Positions 1-8,188 of a stretch of DNA of 32,000 nt are shown piece by piece; the first letter of the stretch is position 1, and each line of letters starts with the position of its first letter. The notes below the pieces were generated by a model. That model was not told where the DNA came from and made no database searches. It saw nothing but the letters and a program-made list of their open reading frames with translations. The translations under genes were made by a program, and so were the position numbers. The stretch is from Alkanindiges sp. WGS2144 (GTDB lineage Bacteria > Pseudomonadota > Gammaproteobacteria > Pseudomonadales > Moraxellaceae). The DNA lies in the NCBI RefSeq assembly GCF_043950625.1, contig NZ_CP171007.1. One strand, written 5' to 3'.

Positions 1-3000
1 GCACTGCTAGCCGTAAGCTGGGCGAAACCCTCAATGTTAAAGGAGGCGCAACAGGTGCACTAACCACCAATAATATTGGTGTGGTTGCCAATGGAACAAA
101 TCAGCTGGATATTCGTCTGGCTGAGGCAGTTAACTTAGGTGCCAATGGCAGTGTAAGCACTGGCAATAGTAAACTAGATACCAATGGTTTAAGCGTTAAG
201 GATGGCTCTAGTATCTCTACCACGGTGGGGGCTAATGGCGTTACGGTAAAAAATGGGGCTACAGAAACCAAAGTAAATGCCGGTACAGTGTCTGGCTTAA
301 GCAATAAAACGTGGACAGGCACAGCTGTTAGTGGACAAGCAGCAACGGAAGACCAGTTACAAGCAGTACAGACTACAATTCAAAATAAAGGCTTAGATTT
401 TGCTGCTAATAGTGGTAGCAACGTACACCGTGATTTAGGGCAAGTGGTAGAGGTTAAAGGCGGATTTACTGGTGCTGACACTGCCACCAGTAACGAAAAC
501 GTCAAGACAATCACCACCACTAATGGTATAGATATCCGACTGGCAAAAGATGCCAAGTTTGACAGTGTCACAGCAGGTGGCAGCACCCTTGACAGCACTG
601 GCTTAAAAACAGGTAACGTTGAAATTAACAGCACCACCAACAAAATAAGTGGTGTTGCAGCAGGTGACATTAGTGCCACCTCTAAAGACGCCATCAACGG
701 CAGCCAGCTATTTAGCACCAACCAGAACGTCAGCAAGAACAGCACAGACATTGCCAGCAACACTGGCGACATCACAGCCCTGCAAAACCAGACCTTTAAA
801 CTACAAGCCAACGGTGATAGCGCCAGCTCGGTTAAAGCCAGTGACACCGTGCAGTTTAAAGATGGCAAGAACGTTAAAATCAGCCGTAGCGGTAATGACA
901 TCACCGTTGCCACAGCAGACAACGTTGCGTTTGACAAAGTAACGGTTGGCGGTGTGGTTAGCGACAGTGCCAGCAACACCATCAGCGGCCTTAGCAACAC
1001 CACCCTTGGAGCAGGCGACTTTGCCACTAAAGGCCGGGCAGCCACTGAAGAGCAGCTCAATGTTAGCCAAAGCAACCTTGCCAGCGTACTTGGAGGCAAT
1101 GCCGTTAACAGCAACGGCAACGTCACCACCAGTGACATTGGCGGCACCGGCAAGAACACCGTGCATGACGCCATTGGCACTGTTAAAGGCACGGCTGACA
1201 CAGCGCTGACGACAGCCAACAAAGGCTTTAACATCACCAGCAATGGCAACAAAGCCAGTGACAACGTCAAGTTGGGAGAAACGGTTGACTTCACCACAGG
1301 CGACAGCAACCTGATCGCCAGCCATGATGACAACAAAATCACCTACAGCCTGTCCAAAAACCTGGATCTTGGTGCAACAGGTAGCGTTACCACTGGTGCC
1401 ACCAGCATTACCAACAGCGGTTTAAGCATTACAGGTGGCCCCAGTGTGACCACTGCTGGCATTGACGCAGCTAACAAGACTATTAGCAACGTTAAAGCAG
1501 GCACAGCAGGCACTGATGCGGTTAACCTTGACCAGTTAAATGCGGTTAACAGCACTGCCAACAAAGGCTTTGGCTTACAGGCACAAGATGGCAACCAGGT
1601 ACACAAGAACCCTGGAGAATATGTAGAAGTCACTGGTGCAGACAGCAACATCAGCACCAAAGTAGCCAATGGTAAAATAGCCATTGAACTGGCTAAAAAC
1701 ATCACGGTTGACAGTGTCACAGCAGGTGGCAGCACCCTTGACAGCACTGGCTTAAAAACAGGTAACGTTGAAATTAACAGCACCACCAACAAAATAAGTG
1801 GTGTTGCAGCAGGTGACATTAGTGCCACCTCTAAAGACGCCATCAACGGCAGCCAGCTATTTAGCACCAACCAGAACGTCAGCAAGAACAGCACAGACAT
1901 TGCCAGCAACACTGGCGACATCACAGCCCTGCAAAACCAGACCTTTAAACTACAAGCCAACGGTGATAGCGCCAGCTCGGTTAAAGCCAGTGACACCGTG
2001 CAGTTTAAAGATGGCAAGAACGTTAAAATCAGCCGTAGCGGTAATGACATCACCGTTGCCACAGCAGACAACGTTGCGTTTGACAAAGTAACGGTTGGCG
2101 GTGTGGTTAGCGACAGTGCCAGCAACACCATCAGCGGCCTTAGCAACACCACCCTTGGAGCAGGCGACTTTGCCACTAAAGGCCGGGCAGCCACTGAAGA
2201 GCAGCTCAATGTTAGCCAAAGCAACCTTGCCAGCGTACTTGGAGGCAATGCCGTTAACAGCAACGGCAACGTCACCACCAGTGACATTGGCGGCACCGGC
2301 AAGAACACCGTGCATGACGCCATTGGCACTGTTAAAGGCACGGCTGACACAGCGCTGACGACAGCCAACAAAGGCTTTAACATCACCAGCAATGGCAACA
2401 AAGCCAGTGACAACGTCAAGTTGGGAGAAACGGTTGACTTCACCACAGGCGACAGCAACCTGATCGCCAGCCATGATGACAACAAAATCACCTACAGCCT
2501 GTCCAAAAACCTGGATCTTGGTGCAACAGGTAGCGTTACCACTGGTGCCACCAGCATTACCAACAGCGGTTTAAGCATTACAGGTGGCCCCAGTGTGACC
2601 ACTGCTGGCATTGACGCAGCTAACAAGACTATTAGCAACGTTAAAGCAGGCACAGCAGGCACTGATGCGGTTAACCTTGACCAGTTAAATGCGGTTAACA
2701 GCACTGCCAACAAAGGCTTTGGCTTACAGGCACAAGATGGCAACCAGGTACACAAGAACCCTGGAGAATATGTAGAAGTCACTGGTGCAGACAGCAACAT
2801 CAGCACCAAAGTAGCCAATGGTAAAATAGCCATTGAACTGGCTAAAAACATCACGGTTGACAGTGTCACAGCAGGTGGCAGCACCCTTGACAGCACTGGC
2901 TTAAAAACAGGTAACGTTGAAATTAACAGCACCACCAACAAAATAAGTGGTGTTGCAGCAGGTGACATTAGTGCCACCTCTAAAGACGCCATCAACGGCA

Positions 3001-6000
3001 GCCAGCTATTTAGCACCAACCAGAACGTCAGCAAGAACAGCACAGACATTGCCAGCAACACTGGCGACATCACAGCCCTGCAAAACCAGACCTTTAAACT
3101 ACAAGCCAACGGTGATAGCGCCAGCTCGGTTAAAGCCAGTGACACCGTGCAGTTTAAAGATGGCAAGAACGTTAAAATCAGCCGTAGCGGTAATGACATC
3201 ACCGTTGCCACAGCAGACAACGTTGCGTTTGACAAAGTAACGGTTGGCGGTGTGGTTAGCGACAGTGCCAGCAACACCATCAGCGGCCTTAGCAACACCA
3301 CCCTTGGAGCAGGCGACTTTGCCACTAAAGGCCGGGCAGCCACTGAAGAGCAGCTCAATGTTAGCCAAAGCAACCTTGCCAGCGTACTTGGAGGCAATGC
3401 CGTTAACAGCAACGGCAACGTCACCACCAGTGACATTGGCGGCACCGGCAAGAACACCGTGCATGACGCCATTGGCACTGTTAAAGGCACGGCTGACACA
3501 GCGCTGACGACAGCCAACAAAGGCTTTAACATCACCAGCAATGGCAACAAAGCCAGTGACAACGTCAAGTTGGGAGAAACGGTTGACTTCACCACAGGCG
3601 ACAGCAACCTGATCGCCAGCCATGATGACAACAAAATCACCTACAGCCTGTCCAAAAACCTGGATCTTGGTGCAACAGGTAGCGTTACCACTGGTGCCAC
3701 CAGCATTACCAACAGCGGTTTAAGCATTACAGGTGGCCCCAGTGTGACCACTGCTGGCATTGACGCAGCTAACAAGACTATTAGCAACGTTAAAGCAGGC
3801 ACAGCAGGCACTGATGCGGTTAACCTTGACCAGTTAAATGCGGTTAACAGCACTGCCAACAAAGGCTTTGGCTTACAGGCACAAGATGGCAACCAGGTAC
3901 ACAAGAACCCTGGAGAATATGTAGAAGTCACTGGTGCAGACAGCAACATCAGCACCAAAGTAGCCAATGGTAAAATAGCCATTGAACTGGCTAAAAACAT
4001 CACGGTTGACAGTGTCACAGCAGGTGGCAGCACCCTTGACAGCACTGGCTTAAAAACAGGTAACGTTGAAATTAACAGCACCACCAACAAAATAAGTGGT
4101 GTTGCAGCAGGTGACATTAGTGCCACCTCTAAAGACGCCATCAACGGCAGCCAGCTATTTAGCACCAACCAGAACGTCAGCAAGAACAGCACAGACATTG
4201 CCAGCAACACTGGCGACATCACAGCCCTGCAAAACCAGACCTTTAAACTACAAGCCAACGGTGATAGCGCCAGCTCGGTTAAAGCCAGTGACACCGTGCA
4301 GTTTAAAGATGGCAAGAACGTTAAAATCAGCCGTAGCGGTAATGACATCACCGTTGCCACAGCAGACAACGTTGCGTTTGACAAAGTAACGGTTGGCGGT
4401 GTGGTTAGCGACAGTGCCAGCAACACCATCAGCGGCCTTAGCAACACCACCCTTGGAGCAGGCGACTTTGCCACTAAAGGCCGGGCAGCCACTGAAGAGC
4501 AGCTCAATGTTAGCCAAAGCAACCTTGCCAGCGTACTTGGAGGCAATGCCGTTAACAGCAACGGCAACGTCACCACCAGTGACATTGGCGGCACCGGCAA
4601 GAACACCGTGCATGACGCCATTGCTTTAATTAATCAAGCCTCTACCGAAGCCAAGAGTACCGTTAGTGCTGGTGATAATATTGTGGTTACAAGTACTGCT
4701 AATCAAGATGGCTCAACTGACTATCAAGTTGCCACCAGTAAAGATATTAAGGTCGATAGCCTGCAGGCTGATGATGGCAAAGGTAATGTAACTCGTTTAA
4801 CTGCGGGTGGTACTGCGGTTAGTAGCGATACTTATACTACCCTGTATGGCGCCGGAGGATTGAGTATTCAGGATGATAGCGGTAAAAGCACTGTTATTAA
4901 CAATACTGGCTTATCCTTTGCCAATACTAAAGGTGACACTATCGGGCCTCAGATAACGGCTACTGGTATAAATGCAGGCGACACTCGTATAACCAACTTA
5001 GCTGATGGAAAAGATGCTACTGATGCCGTGAATAAACGACAATTAGAGCAAGCTTTTTCTGACACCCTGACCGATGTTACTGTTATTACCCAAGATGGTG
5101 ATAGCACTACCATTAACGTAATTGACCAAGTGGTCAATAAAAAGGCAGGTCAAAATCCCGATTCCTTATTCTTAACCTATGATGTAGAAGGTCAAGAAGT
5201 TACAGACCATTTGACTATTGGTCAGACCGTACAAAAAATGAATACCGAGGGTATCAAGTTCTTCCATACTAATGCTGATCCAGGCGAGCATGGTGACCTT
5301 GGAGTTACCAATGACTCTAGTGCTGCTGGTAAAAACTCAACTGCTATAGGTGTTAATGCCATTATTACCGATAAGGGTGAGAGTGCAGTTGCGATTGGTC
5401 ATAATGCTACAGTGGAAGGTGCTGAATCCATTGCGATTGGCTACGGAGCACAGGTAGCAGGCAACCAATCTATTAGCATTGGTACTGGTAATATCGTCAA
5501 TGGTGATCACTCAGGTGCATTTGGTGATCCAAGTACTATTAACGGTAGTGGCAGCTATGCAGTTGGTAATAACAACACTGTAAATAGTGATGATACCTTT
5601 GTATTGGGCAACAACATCAACGCAGCAGAAAATGGTTCTGTGGTATTAGGCACTGGCTCGACTGCCACTACTGGTTCAGGCAGACAAGGCTATGTCCTGC
5701 AATCTGCTAATAGCACCGATAAAGCCGCCATTGTTGCAACCACCAGTACCACTGGGGCGGTTGCTGTGGGTAATGCTTCCAGCGCGGTGTATCGTCAAAT
5801 TACTGGCGTTGCGGCAGGTACGCAAGATAGTGATGCGGTCAACGTGGCACAATTAAAGGCTGTGGACAATGCACTGGTTAGCCTAACCAACAATGTTAAT
5901 AATGGTGGCTTAGGCTTGGTGCAACAGGTCAATAAGCAAGCCCCCATTACCATTGGTGCCAATACTGGTGGCGCGGTCATCAATGCTGCAGGTAAAGATG

Positions 6001-7055
6001 GCAACCGCCAAATTACCGGAGTGGCTGCCGGCAGCGCCAATGATCATGTAGCTAATGTAGGACAATTGACTGCGGTCTTGGGTAGCAAAGCAGCTGTAGA
6101 TAAAAATGGCAACATTAACGCCAATCTCAATGTTGGTAATACGAGCTATGCCACCGTACAAGATGCGCTCTCTGCGGTTAATGGACAAGTGGGTCAGATA
6201 AGTGACGCAGCCGTGCAGTATGACAAACGGGCGGATGGTACGGTCAATAAGGATCAGGTTAGCCTACAAGGCGGTAAAGATGGCACCTTGCTCACCAATG
6301 TAAAAGCAGGCAACGTAGCACAAGACTCTAAAGACGCAGTGAACAGCGGTCAGCTCTGGAATGTACAGCAGCAAGTTGACCAAAATAGTACCGACATTGA
6401 TGTGCTAACGCAGCAGGTTAATAACGGCTCGGTTGGCTTGGTGCAGCAGGCAGACAATAAAGCACCGATAACTGTGGCCAAAAATACCGGCGGCAGCTCG
6501 GTTAGCATCACTGGCACCGATGGTAGTCGCACGCTAGCAGGGGTTAAAGCAGGTAGCATAAGCAAAGAAAGTACTGATGCCGTCAACGGATCGCAACTGC
6601 ATGCTGCTAATACCACGGTAGCTAGTGCCTTAGGAGGTGGAGCTAGCGTAAATAGCAATGGCGAAATTATAGCGCCACAATACGAAGTAGCTGGCGGCAA
6701 GCATGACAATGTAGGTGATGCACTCAAGGCGGTGGATAATGCCTCAACCACACGTTTTGATGCTTTGAACAACCAGCTGAATCAAGCGTTCTACTACACC
6801 AATGAGCGTATCAACAAGGTTGAAAAGCAAGCCAATGCCGGTATTGCTGCCGCCTTATCTCTGGAGTCTGCTCCATTCGTACCCGGTAAATACACCTACT
6901 CGGTAGGTGCTGGCTTCCATGGCGGCGAAAACGCTGTAGGTGCTACTTTAAGACGGACCGCTGATAATGGACGCTGGAGTATTACAGGGGGGGTAGCAAC
7001 AGCGACAGAAGGCGGAGCTAGCGCTCGTGTAGGTATTAGTGGTGTGATTGACTAA
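1..7055 (+). CDS. Trimeric autotransporter adhesin (YadA/Ata-like), 5'-partial. The frame is open back to nt 3, so the GTG at 81 in the ORF track is not the true start.
   Basis: A continuous reading frame of more than 2,300 codons with no stop upstream to the window edge. The composition is S/T/N/G/A-rich. Neck-type motifs recur (TDAVNLDQLNAV, KDAINGSQLF, SDAVNVAQLKAV, TDAVNGSQLH). There is a block of YadA-like head repeats and a C-terminal YadA-type membrane anchor ending ...RVGISGVID*. Confidence 0.95.
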   Translation, partial: TASRKLGETLNVKGGATGALTTNNIGVVANGTNQLDIRLAEAVNLGANGSVSTGNSKLDTNGLSVKDGSSISTTVGANGVTVKNGATETKVNAGTVSGLSNKTWTGTAVSGQAATEDQLQAVQTTIQNKGLDFAANSGSNVHRDLGQVVEVKGGFTGADTATSNENVKTITTTNGIDIRLAKDAKFDSVTAGGSTLDSTGLKTGNVEINSTTNKISGVAAGDISATSKDAINGSQLFSTNQNVSKNSTDIASNTGDITALQNQTFKLQANGDSASSVKASDTVQFKDGKNVKISRSGNDITVATADNVAFDKVTVGGVVSDSASNTISGLSNTTLGAGDFATKGRAATEEQLNVSQSNLASVLGGNAVNSNGNVTTSDIGGTGKNTVHDAIGTVKGTADTALTTANKGFNITSNGNKASDNVKLGETVDFTTGDSNLIASHDDNKITYSLSKNLDLGATGSVTTGATSITNSGLSITGGPSVTTAGIDAANKTISNVKAGTAGTDAVNLDQLNAVNSTANKGFGLQAQDGNQVHKNPGEYVEVTGADSNISTKVANGKIAIELAKNITVDSVTAGGSTLDSTGLKTGNVEINSTTNKISGVAAGDISATSKDAINGSQLFSTNQNVSKNSTDIASNTGDITALQNQTFKLQANGDSASSVKASDTVQFKDGKNVKISRSGNDITVATADNVAFDKVTVGGVVSDSASNTISGLSNTTLGAGDFATKGRAATEEQLNVSQSNLASVLGGNAVNSNGNVTTSDIGGTGKNTVHDAIGTVKGTADTALTTANKGFNITSNGNKASDNVKLGETVDFTTGDSNLIASHDDNKITYSLSKNLDLGATGSVTTGATSITNSGLSITGGPSVTTAGIDAANKTISNVKAGTAGTDAVNLDQLNAVNSTANKGFGLQAQDGNQVHKNPGEYVEVTGADSNISTKVANGKIAIELAKNITVDSVTAGGSTLDSTGLKTGNVEINSTTNKISGVAAGDISATSKDAINGSQLFSTNQNVSKNSTDIASNTGDITALQNQTFKLQANGDSASSVKASDTVQFKDGKNVKISRSGNDITVATADNVAFDKVTVGGVVSDSASNTISGLSNTTLGAGDFATKGRAATEEQLNVSQSNLASVLGGNAVNSNGNVTTSDIGGTGKNTVHDAIGTVKGTADTALTTANKGFNITSNGNKASDNVKLGETVDFTTGDSNLIASHDDNKITYSLSKNLDLGATGSVTTGATSITNSGLSITGGPSVTTAGIDAANKTISNVKAGTAGTDAVNLDQLNAVNSTANKGFGLQAQDGNQVHKNPGEYVEVTGADSNISTKVANGKIAIELAKNITVDSVTAGGSTLDSTGLKTGNVEINSTTNKISGVAAGDISATSKDAINGSQLFSTNQNVSKNSTDIASNTGDITALQNQTFKLQANGDSASSVKASDTVQFKDGKNVKISRSGNDITVATADNVAFDKVTVGGVVSDSASNTISGLSNTTLGAGDFATKGRAATEEQLNVSQSNLASVLGGNAVNSNGNVTTSDIGGTGKNTVHDAIALINQASTEAKSTVSAGDNIVVTSTANQDGSTDYQVATSKDIKVDSLQADDGKGNVTRLTAGGTAVSSDTYTTLYGAGGLSIQDDSGKSTVINNTGLSFANTKGDTIGPQITATGINAGDTRITNLADGKDATDAVNKRQLEQAFSDTLTDVTVITQDGDSTTINVIDQVVNKKAGQNPDSLFLTYDVEGQEVTDHLTIGQTVQKMNTEGIKFFHTNADPGEHGDLGVTNDSSAAGKNSTAIGVNAIITDKGESAVAIGHNATVEGAESIAIGYGAQVAGNQSISIGTGNIVNGDHSGAFGDPSTINGSGSYAVGNNNTVNSDDTFVLGNNINAAENGSVVLGTGSTATTGSGRQGYVLQSANSTDKAAIVATTSTTGAVAVGNASSAVYRQITGVAAGTQDSDAVNVAQLKAVDNALVSLTNNVNNGGLGLVQQVNKQAPITIGANTGGAVINAAGKDGNRQITGVAAGSANDHVANVGQLTAVLGSKAAVDKNGNINANLNVGNTSYATVQDALSAVNGQVGQISDAAVQYDKRADGTVNKDQVSLQGGKDGTLLTNVKAGNVAQDSKDAVNSGQLWNVQQQVDQNSTDIDVLTQQVNNGSVGLVQQADNKAPITVAKNTGGSSVSITGTDGSRTLAGVKAGSISKESTDAVNGSQLHAANTTVASALGGGASVNSNGEIIAPQYEVAGGKHDNVGDALKAVDNASTTRFDALNNQLNQAFYYTNERINKVEKQANAGIAAALSLESAPFVPGKYTYSVGAGFHGGENAVGATLRRTADNGRWSITGGVATATEGGASARVGISGVID
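559..4623 (+). repeat. In-frame tandem repeat, 1,149-bp unit (383 codons) x about 3.54. Units lie at 559-1707, 1708-2856 and 2857-4005, with a partial unit at 4006-4623.
   Basis: Sequence at position n equals position n+1149 from 559/1708 onward (for example gacagtgtcacagcagg at 561 and 1710). Identity ends at 4623, where the last copy reads ttg|ctttaatt instead of ttg|gcactgtt. Translations in the main frame, two other plus-strand frames and two minus-strand frames are letter-identical between copies. Confidence 0.96.
5317..5680 (+). other. YadA-like head (left-handed beta-roll repeats) domain inside the adhesin, in a C-terminal head position.
   Basis: SSAAGKNSTAIGVNAIITDKGESAVAIGHNATVEGAESIAIGYGAQVAGNQSISIGTGNIVNGDHSGAFGDPSTINGSGSYAVGNNNTVNSDDTFVLGNNINAAENGSVVLGTGSTA shows the roughly 14-residue xxSxAxGxxAxAxG periodicity typical of YadA heads. 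Confidence 0.8.
6814..7052 (+). other. YadA-type C-terminal translocator/anchor (coiled-coil end plus a 4-strand beta-barrel segment).
   Basis: NKVEKQANAGIAAALSLESAPFVPGKYTYSVGAGFHGGENAVGATLRRTADNGRWSITGGVATATEGGASARVGISGVID* has the alternating-hydrophobic beta-strand pattern and the AGIAaAlA motif characteristic of TAA anchors. Confidence 0.88.
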
Positions 7056-7117
7056 ACACTGTCAGTAACAGGTAGCCTTATGCTAAGGCTGCCTTGCTCA
7101 ACAGAATTGAGAGAAGA

Positions 7118-7942
7118 ATGATGAAAAATATTGGCTGTAAAACAATCTTGCTCTGGGCTACTGTCAGCGTGTCAGCTTGCACCAACATGCCGGCAACCGA
7201 ACATGATCAGCTAGCATTTCCCGACCCAAGCAAAAGTTATGTAAGTGAAGTGCTGCGTTATGATCCTGAGCATTTGCGTCAAATTGATGTGGGTTTAACC
7301 AAAGACCAAGTGCGTCATTCGTTGGGTAACCCGCATTTTTCTGAAGGGGTATTTAGCCCCAAAACATGGAATTACATCATTGGCTTGCCCGAGCCCAATA
7401 GCCGGGAATACCAACCTTGCCAATTGCGCATTGATTTTGATAAAGACAATTTGGTTGAGCGTTATAACTGGAAAGAATCTGATTGTGCTGAGCTGTTACA
7501 GGTTAAACAGCCAGCGCAGGCAGTATCCGCTGTGCCAGCGGTTCAAATTGTTACAGCGGAACAACCAGCCACTAATACCATGACTTCAAAAGACTTTATT
7601 TTTCGTTTTAACCGCTCCTCCTTAGCAGATATTACCAGTGGTTCAGTTGAGCAACTGGTGGCAGATATTCATAGCAATTTTAAAGACATTAAGCAGGTAT
7701 CGGTCATCGGTTATGCTGATAAAATTGGCCAAGCAGACGCCAATGCGAGTTTATCCCTAGCACGTGCGACAACCATTGCTAATGCACTGATAAGCCATGG
7801 CATTGCAGAGCAGCTTATTCATACTGGTGGACAAGGTGCCACTAGTGAATTTGTAGAGTGCACGGGTTCTAGCGTTAACCCTCAGCTTATCGACTGTTTA
7901 AAACAAAACCGGCGGGTAGTGGTTACCGTTACCGGCTATTAG
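7118..7942 (+). CDS. Lipoprotein with an N-terminal BamE (SmpA/OmlA)-like domain and a C-terminal OmpA_C-like peptidoglycan-binding domain. This is a TpgA-like adhesin partner.
   Basis: Start chosen at the ATG ATG at 7118, preceded by gagagaag (SD-like). The track's TTG at 7094 is less likely. The lipobox is TVSVSAC. The N-terminal part GLTKDQVRHSLGNPHF...WNY is BamE-like. The C-terminal part VIGYADKIGQADANASLSLARATTIANALISHG...NRRVVVTV is OmpA-C-like. The gene begins 62 bp downstream of the adhesin stop on the same strand. Confidence 0.75.
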   Translation: MMKNIGCKTILLWATVSVSACTNMPATEHDQLAFPDPSKSYVSEVLRYDPEHLRQIDVGLTKDQVRHSLGNPHFSEGVFSPKTWNYIIGLPEPNSREYQPCQLRIDFDKDNLVERYNWKESDCAELLQVKQPAQAVSAVPAVQIVTAEQPATNTMTSKDFIFRFNRSSLADITSGSVEQLVADIHSNFKDIKQVSVIGYADKIGQADANASLSLARATTIANALISHGIAEQLIHTGGQGATSEFVECTGSSVNPQLIDCLKQNRRVVVTVTGY

Positions 7943-7990
7943 CTCTTCGCTAACAAGCCTATATTTTTAAAGCTTGTCTAAGGTTTGTAT

Positions 7991-8019
7991 CTGGCATGCA
8001 CTACATAAAGTGCTGCCAG
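7991..8019 (+). terminator. Candidate stem-loop downstream of the adhesin/partner operon. It has no clear U-tract.
   Basis: ctggca(t)gcact-acataa-agtgctgccag forms an 11-bp stem with one bulged T and a 6-nt loop. It is followed only by tt, so the terminator function is uncertain. Confidence 0.3.
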
Positions 8020-8188
8020 TTCATGGCTTGGGATTACACCTTAGGAATTTGCAGCATCAAATACTTTTACTTTGATAATTTTTTATAAGCGTCTGTTAAA
8101 GTCTTTCGTAAAAATACATAGCCCTATAGAATGACTGCTTTATTTTATATTCAGCTAAGGCTCTGCCCAGCCAATGGAGTGCTTCATC

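Noticed and set aside
380-4621. Long minus-strand ORFs (320-382 aa, L/S/P/V/T-rich) and repeated plus-strand 97-aa/87-aa ORFs and minus-strand 174-aa/121-aa ORFs overlapping the adhesin repeats.
   Set aside because: They are shadow frames of a strongly biased, repeat-rich coding sequence. Each has one stop per 1,149-bp unit, low-complexity composition, and no start context or motifs. They recur only because the underlying DNA is duplicated.
559-4623. Whether the regular repeat array could be a CRISPR array or a mobile-element array.
   Set aside because: The units are 1,149 bp, directly abutting with no spacers, and fully inside one open reading frame. This is an intragenic tandem duplication, not a CRISPR array or IS copies.
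7380-7583. A 67-aa ORF nested in the TpgA-like gene.
   Set aside because: It is an alternative frame of a gene whose main frame carries clear BamE-like and OmpA-like domains. There is no independent support.
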